Shown here one piece after another: positions 28,610 to 42,500 of a stretch of 64,000 nt of DNA. Numbering within the stretch: the stretch's first letter is position 1; every line of letters begins with the position of its first letter. Source of the stretch: Chiloscyllium plagiosum. Lineage: Eukaryota. The stretch lies in the NCBI RefSeq assembly GCF_004010195.1, contig NC_057719.1, positions 11,972,002 through 12,036,001 of the forward strand, in the 5' to 3' direction. The position numbers and the translations under genes were made by a program. Below the pieces are notes generated by a model. It worked only from the letters and a program-made list of their open reading frames with translations. It did no database searches and was not told the DNA's origin.

Positions 28610-28772
28610 TCCCATTTCTCCCCACGCCTAACCCCCTCTCATTTATCTCTCCACTCTGCAGGCACCCTGCCTCTATTTCTGATGAAAGGCTTTTGCCCGA
28701 AACGCCGATTTTCCTGCACTTTGGATGCTGCCTTATCTGCTGTGCTTTTCCAGCACCACTCTAATCTAGACT
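28610..28772 (+). mobile_element. PLE family A terminal fragment
   Basis: ctgatgaaaggcttttgcccgaaacgcc...ctgtgcttttccagcacc. Confidence 0.75.
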
Positions 28773-29237
28773 TTTAATCCCATTGTCTAGTCCAGTATTT
28801 TGACCCAGCGACAGAATGTTGTGAATGTCCAAGTCAGGACATTGCGTGACTTGAAGGCAGTGTTCCTATGCACCCGCTACTTGGGAATTTATTGTTTTCA
28901 AGACATGGCAAGCTGCTTCAGGGCTCAGGTGGAAAAGACAGTATAAATAATAGATTAAAAGCATGGTAAAATGGCAAAACAAAGCACCCTCTAAAATGTT
29001 AAAAACCTAAGAGCATTAACTAAAACAGGAATAACAACACTTTTTATCTGGTGGAATATTATTCTAGACCCGAGGGGACTAGAAAAGGTCAAGCTACAGC
29101 AATATAAAATCAGAGTAAAACCACACTTGGAGTGTCAGCAGTTCTAAGCATTATACTTCAGCAGAGGTATACTTGCCTTGGATAAGGTGCAGTGAATAAT
29201 CAACAGAACGTTGTTTTTTATTCTTTAGTTTGATATC

Positions 29238-30472
29238 ACATCTGTCGTCTGCAAGGTGTTAGAAAGGATTCTGAGGGATAGGATTTATGACCATCTAGAA
29301 GAGCATGGTTTGATTAAATGCAGTCAACACGGCTTTGAGAGGGGCAGGTCATGCCTCACAAACCTTATCGAGTTCTTTGAGGATGTGACTAGAAAAATTA
29401 ATGAGGGTCGAGCTGTGGATGTGATGTATATGGACTTCAGCAAGGNNNNNNNNNNNNNNNNNNNNNNNNNNNNNNNNNNNNNNNNNNNNNNNNNNNNNNN
29501 NNNNNNNNNNNNNNNNNNNNNNNNNNNNNNNNNNNNNNNNNNNNNNNNNNNNNNNNNNNNNNNNNNNNNNNNNNNNNNNNNNNNNNNNNNNNNNNNNNNN
29601 NNNNNNNNNNNNNNNNNNNNNNNNNNNNNNNNNNNNNNNNNNNNNNNNNNNNNNNNNNNNNNNNNNNNNNNNNNNNNNNNNNNNNNNNNNNNNNNNNNNN
29701 NNNNNNNNNNNNNNNNNNNNNNNNNNNNNNNNAATTTGAAAGCTGGGTACAGGATTAAGGATAGGATTCTTGGCAGTGTGGAGGAACAGAGGGATCTTGG
29801 TGTGCAGGTACATAGATCCCTTAAAATGGCCATCCAAGTGGACAGGGTTGTTAAGAAAACATGTGGTGTTTTGGCTTTCATTAACAGGGGGAATGAGTTT
29901 AAGAATCTTGAGATCTTGTTGCAGCTCTATAAAACTTTGGTTAGACCGCACTTGGAATACTGCGTCCAATTCTGGTCACCCTAATATAAGAAAGATGTGG
30001 ATGCTTTGAAGCGGGTTTACCAGGATGCTGCCTGGACTGGAGAGCTTATCTTATGAAGAGAGGTTGACTGAGCTCGGACTTTTTTCATTGGAGAAAAGGA
30101 GGAGAAGTGGGGACCTAATTGAGGTATACAAGGTAATGAGAGGCATACAAGGTAATGAGAGGCATAGATAGTGTCGATAGCCAGAGACTATTTCCCAGGG
30201 CAGAAATGACTAACACGAGGGGTCATAGTTTTAAGCTGGTTGGAGGAAAGTATAGAGGGGATGTCAGAGGCGGGTTCTTTACACAGAGTTGAGAAAGCAT
30301 GGAATGCGTTGCCAGCAGCAGTTGTGGAGGCAGGGTCATTGGGGTCATTTAAGAGACTCTCGACATACATATGGTCACAGAAATTTGAGGGTGCATACAC
30401 AAGGATCAGTGGTCGGCACAACATCGTGGGCTGAAGGGCCTGTTCTGTGCTGTACTGTTCTATGTTCTATGA
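29238..30472 (+). mobile_element. CR1 LINE 3' portion (spans N-gap 29446-29732) with (gttctat)n-type tail
   Basis: QHGFERGRSCLTNLIEFFE and RPHLEYCVQFWSP motifs. Confidence 0.92.
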
Positions 30473-31629
30473 TTGTTGCAAGGCCAGCAATAGTTGTCCA
30501 TTTCCAATCGCTCTCGCAAAGGTTAAAATTATATCTGAACTTTAAAAGTTAAATTATGAGATTACACTAACTGATTTTATACCCTGGAATTTAGAAGAAT
30601 CAATATTTGTTTCTTCTATGTTTCTGTTGATGACATTTAAGAATTTGTGCATCTGGATTTCCACTGTTCTAACATTTCACCATGTACAAAATACTTTGTT
30701 CTGCCCTTTTAGGTAGAAAGTAAATGACATCATGCATATGCTGACTGAAAATCATGTATTGACTACTTGCATAGTCTTCGAAATGACTTTTTGAATTTTA
30801 CATTTCTATTCACCCAAATCTTTATAATTGGCAAATTCTGTCGACATGCCTTTTGGTTTGACATATTGAAGATATTAAAGAGAAAAGGCTCAGCAGACAG
30901 CAAAAAACACTAGTCAGAATATCTGGAACTCTAGAACCATAGAACAGAAAAGAGTCAGATCTTTCAGAGAAAAAGTCGCCAATGGCAACTCACACTAGAT
31001 CAATTGGTACTTTTAAAACTGAGTGTGATGGCTTTGATCACCAAAAGTAGTGGGGATAATAATTAGCTAACAAAGGAGTCACAATCTCATTAAAAAAGGT
31101 ACAAAAGAGGAGGGGCTAAATGCGTACTTCTATCTCATGTATCTAAACATCATATGCTGCAGTTACAGAATGCTGATACTGGAAGTAGATACCTCAAGCA
31201 TTCTCATTTAAATCTGGAAAAGTCTACTTGGGAGCAGGTACAAAATACATGAATTAATCATTCTGATCAGATGCGCTCTGAAACTTTTAGTTAGTGTGGT
31301 GCTACAGGAAATGGAAGACTTAAGCACAATAAGTTTAACAAACAGCAACTTTAAAATGTGAGCCAAGAACTCCCACAATCTTCAAACTAGACAAGGCATC
31401 GCATTTCATGTGGGAATGAAAAACTTACAATTAACAGACTCGCCTGTTCCTGGGAGGAGGGACTCATGTCCTTTCCCAAACCAGAATGCAAGAACTAAAT
31501 TTGACTGGCTAAAGCAGCCGGTCAAGTAAACAGAACCTTAACTCAAAGTCAGGATAGCTGGGAAACCAAACTATTTCAAACTCTAAGACTGAAAGCTTCC
31601 CTATCACAGCTGATTCTTGGAAAAATTTA

Positions 31630-31845
<216 letters not shown>

Positions 31846-33897
31846 TTACTATCTATAACAAGATTTCATGTTGGAGATTCATATTTATTAAAAGATTTCA
31901 AATACTTCACTCATTTGAGTTTAAATGTATGTTTATTCAAGCATTAACACCTCAAAATCACAACTGAAAGAAAGACATTGAAGTCGAGTACATGAGACAT
32001 GGGCTTTGCCAGCAATTGTGCATTCCAACTGCCAATGAGCAATGGTGACATGAGTTCTGCTGCCATTTGTGGGGTGATTACTCACATGGCCATTACACGA
32101 GAATTCCAGGAATTTGGCTCAGGTATGCTGAATGGACATGAACAGATTTTCAAGTCAAAATGGTAGGACTTGGAGGGGAACTTCTGGTGATATCCATACA
32201 AGCTTGCTACCCTTAGCCTTCAAAATAGACACCATGCAGAGAAGATGCTGTTGATAAGGCCTGGTGAGCTATTGCAGTGCATCATGTGGATGATGCATAT
32301 TGCTGTCACTTCCTTTGGAAGGAATGCCAATCGAGCAGGCTGTTCTGTCTCAGAGTTGGCTCGTGTTGTAAATGTCCTGACAAGTACATAATCTATGTCA
32401 CATTTTTAAGTTGTGTCTTGGGGTTGGTAGAAAAGGCTCTGGAAAGTCAGGTGAGCTACTTACTACAGAATACCCAGATCATGATCTATTCATTATAGTG
32501 CAGCTGGTCCAATTACATTTTGGTCAATGGCGAAACATTTGGCAATGTAATTGAACGTCAAGGAGTGGCAGTCAGATTTTAAATGACAGCATAGCATTAC
32601 TGAGAATTCCCTCTTCCAGTTACTACCAGTCAAGTTTTGCAACAGGTTTGAGAGAGATTCAGCATTATGAAAGCTATGAGGTTATCATTTCAAGAATGTT
32701 GTACTATGAAGACATCTCTCAGGCTGGCTTTGTTTCTGTTTATAGTCGCCATGATTGACGCACACAAAGGCAAATAGATTACCCAGAACACCCTTGGAGA
32801 TTCAATTATTTACATTGTTTCCAACATAGAATAGATTCGTATGCAGACAAAAAGCCTATATTTGCTACATATATACTGTAGCTGGCAAACAGAATACAGA
32901 TTGCCCTCAAAAGTCAACTTAACATTTAATTTTTCTTCTTTGCAAAACTGAGTAAATGTCAAGTTCAATGCACATTGGATGTTTCACAAGCATGTAAAAC
33001 AGGAATGGCCAAAGAAAACTGACCATCATTCATGAAATGGTGATCTTTACAAACATTATCTAACTTGCAGGCACCAAGAAATTACATGATCTAATGGTGA
33101 ACTAATTTTCCCATGACACAGAGTCAGTCAACTTGGCACCAGCTGGCAAGATAGAGCAGGATAATAATAGGACTGCAGGTGAGGATGGAAGCACAATGGA
33201 AAACAAAGGGGAGGTGATGCATTACCACAAACGATGTTACCAACAGCTAGCATAGCATATTAGCAAATTAAATGTAATTAATAAAAATTGTTTTGCACAT
33301 GAGCTTTTTAAACCTACATTAAAAAGGTAAACATTTCAGCTGAGCTAAATGCACAACATTGTCTTTTCAGTAGGCTATATAATTTAGCTTAGATCTGAGA
33401 CATTTCAACTCAGGAACAGAATTAATCTGAGCATCCTCAGAGACAGAACAGTAGCATGATGATGATAGCTCTTGCTTAAACTAGGCAAAAGAAATAGCAG
33501 AAATAAGAAAATATTGACCACCTTTTCCATGAATTGTGCAGAGTTATGGAATTTATACTTAGTGTATATGTAGAAGTTGAATTTGATTTCAATTTATTTT
33601 TGGTCATAAGTCAAAGTGGACTTTGGCAGATACTTTGTGATAGTTCAGTAGCTTGAATTGGCCCTCAAATTAATTCTGTTGCAATAGAATAAAGAAAAAA
33701 CTGCTATCACTAAATATTAATTCAAACATTGTTTGTAATGTTAAGGAAACCATACAAACCAAAACTAACTATAGGCTATGTATCAAAAAAAAATAAATTA
33801 TCCCAATAAAAATGGTGTTAAAATTTGAACTAAATGCTCATTGTTACTGTTGGTAGTTTCAGCAGCAGCAGCATCCGACAGCAATCCTCAATACAGT

Positions 33898-35485
33898 GGG
33901 GGATGTAATGACCAAGTGGTATTATCACTCTCGTATTAATTCAGAAAAACAAGCTAATGTTCTGGGGACCCAGGTTGAAATCCAGCTGGTAGAATTTGAA
34001 TTCAACAAATTAAGGAGATGCTGGAAAGCGCTCAACCGGGTTTTTTTTGGGAGGTGGGGTAGCATTTGTTCAGAATAATTGGGGACATCTGTTCTAAGTA
34101 TCAAAGGATCAGTGTAAATAAGGTGACAACATTTGTTCACTTGTGCAATGTGTGCCAGTTCTTCCTTCTCATGCCAGAGGCACACATATTTCACAGTGGG
34201 ATATTGGATAGCTAAATTGCTGGTTTATTTCAAATACTCTTAAAACTCATACTCAATAGGAAAAGAACTTGTAATTTAGTAAGCTGAGTGGTATATGCAC
34301 ATAATAGAACAGTCCTGATACATTTAGATGTCCACCACACTGAGCAGATTTGAATTTATGAAACTCAGCTCCCTCATCTTGACTGTGAATGTCTCATTAC
34401 CCTTACAGCCTAGGAAAACACAAAGGCTGAAACTTGGAAGATGTTCATCTAAGTGAGAGAGAGAAAACATTCTTCTGTAAATTACATTCAATGACAGGAG
34501 GGTTCAAGGGACATAGACAGGTAGACAGGACAGAAGCTGGTCAAAAGTTTAACTCTTCATGGTCTGATTTGAGTGTACACTGGCTTGTCATGGATTGAAT
34601 GTTTGTGTGTTGTTCCTAGGAGTGCAAGACCCAGGAAAGTTATGAATTTAATTTGCATTCTGGGAATCTAAGATGATTTAAAAAGAAACAGCTGCTTCAT
34701 AGGATAATGATACTGGGCATATTAGCTGAGTAAGGGGACCCCATGACCTTTGGCACATAGTATAGACTAGGGTCTCGTTATGATGTATGAGAAAGCATTT
34801 GACCATTTGGCCTGCCTGAATCATGGTTTCCCACTTTGATGTGCATGTAGCTTAATTAGTCAAACATACACAGACCTATCAATGAGTTTCCCTTCCTCTG
34901 CAAACTTTTGCCATTTTATTGCTGTTTATCTGATTAAGGACATCTGGCTTTTTGTAATTTTAATATCAAATTCCCTATAAAGGCAGCTTGTTTGCAGCAA
35001 TAAGGGGAGTAGCCTGAGAGCGCTCTTGGGGGTAAGAGCTGGTACCGCTACTCTGCGAAAGGTTTTAGAACCTTAGTCAAGCCTGGCTTGTAGGTATCTA
35101 TGTTGTAGTGTAACATGGATGCCATTGGTAAATAATTTAAACTAAACTGCCTGTAAATGTTTTATATTCCAGCCTACCACAGAGTACGATCTCCAGGACG
35201 AACCAAGAGAGAGGCTAAAGGTAGAGTCCTTCAGGGATTCCGAGTGGTCTCGAACAGGTACTTTAGCATAACCAAAAAACATTTACTGATTGTCAAAATA
35301 ATCCATCTGGTTCACTAATGTTCTTCACGAAGAAAAGGTCATCCTTACCTGGTCTGATCTACATACGATTCCAGACCCACAGCAGTGTGGTTGACTTTTA
35401 ATAGCCCTCTGGGCAATTAGGGATGGGCAATAAATGCTGGCCTAGCCAGTAACACTGACATCCCATGAGTAAATTAAAAAAAAAA
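33898..35485 (+). mobile_element. tRNA-SINE (second family) split by a ~1.24-kb TG...CA insert (34019-35256), possibly a solo LTR
   Basis: SINE head at 33898-34015 and its continuation at about 35270-35485. The insert begins TG, ends CA and contains TATAAA at about 34976; no clean TSD seen. Confidence 0.5.
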
Positions 35486-35737
35486 GTTAAGCATATTCAA
35501 TATTCCATATTTTAGAATTTATTTTGACAATACTGGGATCAAGTTAACTCCATGCATCTCTGCCCATTAGTACAAAGCTGTTAATGAAAATACTTCAAAT
35601 TTCTATCATCGTGAATGTTTTATTCGCTTACCAATTGTTTGACTTTTTTGAATGATGTCGGAGTATTTATTTTTAAATGCAAAAAGGGTTTTAAAATACT
35701 TGTAAAACTGCCAAGCCAGCACTGGCTGATTTCTATT

Positions 35738-36222
35738 AGAGTCATAGAGATGTACAGCACGGAAATATACCCTTGGGTCCAACCTGTCCATGCCAACCAG
35801 ATATCCCAACCCAATCTAGTCCCACCTGCCAGCACCCGGCCCACATCCCTCTAAACCCTTCCTAATAACATACCCATCCAGATGCCTTTTAAATGCTGCA
35901 ATTGTACCAGTCTCCATTACTTCCTCTGGCAGCTCATTCCATAAACGTACCACCCTCTGCGTGAAAAAGTTGCCCCTTAGATCTCCTTTCTATCTTTTCC
36001 CCCTCTCACCCTCAACCTATGCCCTCTAGTTCTGGACTCCCCCACCTCAGGGAAGAGACTTTGTCTATTTATCCTATCCATGCCCCTAATTTTTATAGAG
36101 CTCTATAAGGTCACCCCTCAGCCTCCTACGCTCCAGGGAAAACAGCCCTAACCTATTCAATCTCTCCAGATAGCTCAAATCCTCCAACCCTGGCAACATC
36201 CTTGCAAATCTTTTCTGAACCC
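35738..36222 (-). mobile_element. Young CR1/HER1 3' end
   Basis: [40 protein letters not shown] plus the 3' UTR tail. Confidence 0.92.
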
Positions 36223-36649
36223 ATATCATACCACACATTGTCAAAAGATGAAATTTGAACACAAGAAATGAACAAACTTCTCTGTACATAGTCCCTTGGT
36301 CTGAAATTGCACACCACTGATTAATTTCTTGCAAATATCAATTGGGTATTCAGCATTTCTAGCTAACATGGGAACTAATGCCTTTATGAAATTTTCCTTT
36401 CAGAAAAGCTCGACACTTTCATCTGCCATGAATGATGAAACTACTAAAAAAAAAACCATATCTTCGAGGCCAGTTGCCAGTCATTCTTGCAAGGAATTTT
36501 CAAATTAAATCAAATCAACCAAAGCCTTGTTGCTGACATGGAGAATGGAGGAGTTAACAGAGTACATTACAACCTTTCAAAAAATGCCAGACCTGCTTAG
36601 ATTTTCCACTTTGTTTTTTTATGCCCCTATTTTTAACCATGGAGTTAAA

Positions 36650-36980
36650 AGCAGCACAGTGGCTCAGTGGTTATCTCTGCTGCCCTCAGCACCAGGGACC
36701 TGAATTCTATTCTGGACATGGGCGACGTGTGTGGCATTTGCAAATTCTCCCGTGTCTGCTTGGGTTTCCTCCGAGTGTTCTAGTTTCCTCCCACAGTCCA
36801 AAGATGAGCAGATTAGGTGAACTGGCGATGCTAAAATGTCCACATAGTGTTCAATCATGTGTAGGTTAGGTGCTTTCATCATGGGAAATGTAGGAGAATG
36901 GACATGGGTGGGATACTATTTGGAAAGTCGGTGTGGACCTGTTGGGCCAAATGGCCTGTTTCCATACTGTAGGGATTTTA
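36650..36980 (+). mobile_element. HE1-like V-SINE
   Basis: Head, V-domain and tail. Confidence 0.85.
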
Positions 36981-37779
36981 TGAAGCTGTTAAAGAGACCC
37001 AACAGAGCATTAGACTCAAGAGTAGAAGTAGGCCATTCAGCACATTGAGTCTGTTCCACCAACGATGATATAGGTGATCTAAAAGACAGTGGAAGGAGAG
37101 TATAGTGGCCCTTAGAACTGCTCAAGTTTGAGGTCTTCCATTGGATTTTCTCTCTTCTAGAGCAGAAAATATTTCATTTAGGATTGCTTTTGTAACTTTT
37201 AGAGTCCAAAAAAAAAATTAACAATTTAAACCAATTTAGGAGGAAGGAGAGCCAGGTAGAGTGTGTTTGGGAGTGAGCCCTGTGACTATCGTTCCACATG
37301 GCTGGCTAGGGCTCTGGAGAGGAAACGTTCAGGAAGCAGTGGAGGAAGTGGAATCACAGAGGGTTCCCAGGACTGTATTTGAAAGGCCAAAACCAGGAGA
37401 CAAAGGGACCAGCATACAGTCGCACACAGCCAGAGAGGGCTAAGTTGCGCAGAGAATCACTGCCTGATACTGGATCTGCAGGGTAGGCTGTTTCAATTTC
37501 AGTCCTGATTAGCAAGAGTTTTCAAAAATACTGGGAGTTAAGCTAAATATTTGAATTTCAGAATGTAAATCTTAAATGTTTTGCAAACTTCAAACCTAAA
37601 GCTGAGGATAAAGTTACGGTAGACTTTTTAAAAAGGTTGTACTTCGAACTTAATAATGTAAAAGATCAGCATTAACTTGTCTCAGCACACTGAGCTGCAA
37701 GTGTGTGCAGATGCAGAGATTGGTTTGAATTGTGGGTGTTTTTGGCAAGTCCTACTTCTCTAATTCTTAAAGGGGCAAA

Positions 37780-38945
37780 ATGGCAATGGAGTGATATGAT
37801 CACCCTGTTAGATGGAGATCAGGGAACAGTTGACTGTCCATGGAGACTAAGTCTACAGGAAATATGTTTGGATGCAGCTCACATCAGACCATTCAGATCA
37901 TTAACCAGCGTATTTGAAGTCACTGAGTGTACAGGAGGTACAGTGTGGATAGTAACTTCAGAGAGGTGGTCACACCACAGGTACAGATAGGTAGATAGGT
38001 GACTATCAGGAGAGGTAGAGCAAGAGTCTCCTGCGTGCTGGCAGGTGGGACTAGATTGGGTTGGGATATCTGGTTGGCATGGACGGGTTGGACCGAAGGG
38101 TCTGTTTCCATGCTGTACATCTCTATGACTATCCTGTTCTCAAACAAATACATTGTTTTGGATACTGTTGCAAGAAATAGCCTCTCAGAAGAATAACAGT
38201 GACAGTCTTGGGCACCACAGCTGGATCTTCGAAGCAGGGTTTGTCAGGGTTCAGATGAGCAATTGTGAAAGGGACTCTCCAGTTAGGAAGACAAACAGGT
38301 GATCCTGCAAATGTAACAAGACTTAAGGATAGTCTGTTGCCTCCCTGGTGCCAGGGTCAAGGATATCTTGCAGCAAATTCTCAAAAGGGGAGCGAGTGCA
38401 GTCATGTTTGGTACACATTAGTACCCGTCATTCTGCTATAACATGCACTTCATCAGCACAAACTCTACTCAACGGGTATAGCAGTTTTCTATTAGCAATC
38501 TTCTACAGTGTGATTTTCTATAGCAGTTTTCCATAACACAATTTTCTGGAGCATGAGGTTGCAGAGGAACGCAATTGTTGCATTGTAGCCAAATGACCTA
38601 TACCAATGAAATAGGTAAAGAGATGAGGTTCTGCAGAATTACTAGAGTAAGCTAAACTGGAGGTTAAAATGTAGGACCTCGATAAGAGAGTCAGGGTGAA
38701 CTTGAATTGGAGGGGGACCAATATCAAAGTGCGAAGATTTGCTGGTGCGACTTGGGAAATTATACACTAATATGGAGGCAGGGTGAGGGGATCCTCAGCA
38801 GTAGCAAGGAAAGAGAGAAGATTGAGGATAATTTGGAAGTTAAGGGAGCAAGTTAAATAGACAAGGCGCACAGTAGAGAATGAAGTAAACTGGAGAATTA
38901 AACTGCACTTATTTCAATGCAAGAGGATTCTGGATAATCCAAGAT
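37780..38945 (+). mobile_element. Degraded CR1 ORF1-region fragments with a short young CR1 tail inserted (38034-38130)
   Basis: VCCLPGARVKDI and VHIST esterase-like ORF1 remnants, and a YFNARG endonuclease start. Confidence 0.6.
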
Positions 38946-39351
38946 GGAGGACAGGAAAACTTTTTGGTTGCAACAGGCAGCTCCTTTGAGGTATTTTAGG
39001 TGTTGGAGGTGATTTCCTTGAATTTCAGGAGCAGCAATTACTGTTTTATATGCTATTGCATTGTTTTGGAACTTGAGAAAAAAAAAGTTGGGAAAATTAA
39101 ACAGTGAAATTCACAACTAATCTTGGAGGAACCTGTTTAGTGAATAGATAAGTGAATATTTTAAGTGTGGTCTTACACTAAACGCTGCAGTAGTGAGTAC
39201 AGTGGGTTCTTTCTTTATTACATGTTATATTGAGATATTTCTCTTGATTAAACTTAAAAATAAGCCCTGAATATTAAGTTAGCCTGGAGCAGTGTTTTGT
39301 AGAGAAATAAGAGGGAAATTTTCTGGGTCTGTAGACTGAAAGAAACAAAAT

Positions 39352-41025
39352 AGGCTTTTAGTAAAGTGATATGCTCTTCTTGGCAGGTGTGAAAGTTTAG
39401 GGAGAATGTGTGTATGTTACTGAGGATTTTATCTGCAATAAATACCATTGGTTGCGAATTCTATCAGATCGAATGGATCGCTTGAAGAGAGAGGCAGTGA
39501 GGAATTTACAAGAGCAAGGGGATGTGATGGATGGTAGTTACAGGAAGGGAGAAAGGTTGCAGATACAGTCACATAGATGGGTCGAGTTCAGGAAAGGTAG
39601 AGGGGTATGCAGGTAGTGCAGGAGTCTTCTGTGGCTAACCCCATTTCAAGCTGTTTTGGAAAATGGAATCTCTTCTAGGATAGACATGACCTGTACAAAA
39701 AAGGACAGATTGCACTTGAATTGGAAGGGGACTAATATAAGGCAGGGCAGGTGACTGAGGTGTCAGTGGGGGAGCACTTTGGGGCCAGCAACCATAAGTC
39801 TATTATTTTTAATATAGTGATGGAAAAGGATAAACTAGATCTAAAAGTTGAAGTTCTAAATTGGAGGAAGGCCAAGTTTGATGGTATTAGGCAAAAATTT
39901 CCAAAAGCTGATTGGGGCAGGTAAAGGGATGGCTGGAAAATGAGAAGCCTTCAGAAATTAGATAGAGATTCCAGTGACAGTATATTCCTGAGAGGGTGAA
40001 ATGAAAGGCTTGTAGGTGTAGGGAATGCTAGATGGACTAAAGACATTGAGGGTTTGGTTAAGAAAAAGAAGGAAGCATATGTCAGGTATAGACAGGATAG
40101 ATCAAGTGAATCCTTAGAGTATAAAGGCAGTAGGAGTATACTTAAGAAGGAAATCAGGAGGGCAAAAAGGGGACATGGGATAGCTTTGGCAAATAGAATT
40201 AAGGAGAATCCAAAAGGTTTTTACAAATACATTAAGGGCAAAAGGGTAACTAGGGAGAGAATAGGGTCCGTCAAAAATCAGCAAGGTGGCCTTTGTGTGG
40301 AGCCGCAGAAAAAGGGGGAGATACTAAATGAGTATTTTGCATCAGTATTTACAGTGGAAAATATAGAATGTAGGGAAACAGATTATTACATTTTAAAATG
40401 TCCATATTACAGAGGAAGAAGTGCTGGATATCTTGAAACACAAAAGTGGATAAATCTCCAGGACCTGATCAGGTGCACCAGAAACTCAATGGGAAGGTAG
40501 GGAAGTGACTGCTGGGCCTCTTGCTGAGATATCTGGATTATCAATAGACACCTGTGCCAAAGACCGGAGGTTGGCTAACACTGTGCCACTGTTTCAGAAG
40601 GGTGATAAGGACGAGCTAGGGAACTATAGACCAGTAAGCCTGACGTTGGTGGTGGGCAAGTTGTTGGAGGGAATCCTCAGGGACAGGATGTACATGTATT
40701 TGGAAAAGCAAGGACTGATTTGTGCGTGGTAAATGTCTCACAAACTTGAGTTTTTTTTAAAAAGTAACAAAGAAAGATGATTGATGAGGGCAGAGCAGTG
40801 GATGCAATCTATATGGACTTCAGTAAGGCATTCGACAAGGTTCCCTATGGGAGACTGGTTAGCAAGGTTAGATCTCATGGTATACAGGAAGAACTAGCCA
40901 TTTGGATACAGAACTGGCTCAAAGGTAGAAGACAGAGGGTCGGATCAGAGGGTTGTTTTTCAGATTGGAGGCCTGTGACCAGTGGAGTGCCACAAGGATC
41001 GGTGCTGGGTTCACGACTTTTCATC

Positions 41026-41061
<36 letters not shown>

Positions 41062-41990
41062 ATATATATATTTGGAGGTATAGTTTGTACATTTGCAGGT
41101 GACACCAAAATTGGAGGTGTAGTAGACAGCGAAGGTTACCTCAGATTACAGCAGGATCTTGATCAGTTGGGCTAATAAGTGACAGATGGAGTTTAATTCA
41201 GATAAATGCGAGGTGCTGCATTTTGGGAAAGCAAGTCTTAGCAGGACTTATACACTTAATGGTAAGGTCCTAGGGAGTGTTGCTGAACAAAGAGATCTTG
41301 GAGTGCAGGTTCATAGCTCCTTGAAAGTGGAGTCGCAGGTAGATAGGATTGTGAAGAAAGCGTTTGGTATGCTTTCCTTTGCTGGTCAGAGAATTGAGTA
41401 CAGGAGTTGGGAGGTCATGCTGCGGCTGTACATGTTAGGCCACTTTTGGGATATTGTATGCAATTCCGGTCTCTTTCCTATCAGAAAGGTGTTGTAAACT
41501 TAAAAGGGTTCAGAAAAGATTTACAAGGATGTTGACAGGGTGGGACGATTTGAGCTATAGGTAGAGGTTGAATAGGCTGGGGCTGTTTTCCCTGGAGCTT
41601 CGGAGGCTAACGTGGCCTTATAGAGGTTTATAAAATCATGAGGGGCATGGATAGAATAAATAGACAAAGTCTCTTCCCTGGAGTGGGAGAGTCCAGAACT
41701 AGAGGGCATAGTTTTAGGGTGAGGGGGGAAAGATATGGGAAAGATCTAAGGGGCAATGTTTTCACGCAGAGGATGATACATGTATGGAATGAGCTGCCAG
41801 AGGAAGTGGTGGAGGCTGGTACAATTGCAACATTTAAAAGGAATCTGGATGGATATGTTATTAAGAAGGATTTGGAGGGATATGGGCTGGGTGTTCTCAG
41901 GTGAGACGAGATTGGGTTCGGTTATCTGGTTGGCATGGACAAGTTGGTCTGAAGGGTCTGTTTCTGTGTTATACACCTCTATGACTCTAT
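39352..41990 (+). mobile_element. Long, internally deleted CR1/HER1 LINE (ORF1 bits, ORF2 RT, 3' UTR)
   Basis: [37 protein letters not shown] and KCEVLHFG motifs; frameshifted. Confidence 0.92.
41029..41070. repeat. (TA)n microsatellite inside CR1 RT
   Basis: tatatata... run visible directly. Confidence 0.95.
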
Positions 41991-42219
41991 GGCTGACAGG
42001 CAAGGCAGTTGAACCCAGGGCACAGATGGGATCATGAGACTGTAATATTATCGCAAGTTCTGCCTTGATTGCCTTGTAATTTCCCTCAAATTTAACTCCA
42101 GTTGTTTCTGACCCAAGTTTCACTCTCAAACAGAATGCTAAACTCTACTGATTATGCTGACTATATCCCCAAAGGATATTTTCTGCTGGGATTATTTAAT
42201 AAACCTGCCTCATTACACA

Positions 42220-42500
42220 TCAGAGCTGAAAATGTGTTGCTGGAAAAGCGCAGCAGGTCAGGCAGCATCCAAGGAGCAGGAGAATCGACGTTTCGGGCAT
42301 GAGCCCATCAGGAATGAGGAAAGTGTGTCCAGCAGGCTAAGATAAAAGGAAGGGAGGAGGGACTTGGGAGAGGGGCACCGTCGTGTTGCTATGGTCTGGC
42401 GATGGAGGAGTCCAAGGACCTGCATGTCCTTGGTGGAGTGGGAAGGGGAGTTGAAGTGTTGAGCCACGGGGTGGTTGGGTTGGTTGATCCGGATCATTAC
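42220..42500 (-). mobile_element. PLE family A fragment
   Basis: QPNHPVAQHFNSPSH GIY-YIG C-terminal remnant plus the family A terminus. Confidence 0.8.

Noticed and set aside
28679..28706. Hammerhead-like motifs at 28679, 6907, 26431, 47145, 60151 and 63677
   Set aside because: Each has a core or cleavage-site mutation (e.g. GCC triplet, CUGAAGG, UUGAAGA, CAAA), so they are counted as decayed rather than functional.
29256..29984. Long ORFs containing X runs (also 59674-60208 and 63757-63972)
   Set aside because: Artefacts of N-gaps joining repeat fragments.
30125..30165. 19-bp tandem duplication (atacaaggtaatgagaggc x2)
   Set aside because: Ordinary slippage inside a dead CR1 copy.
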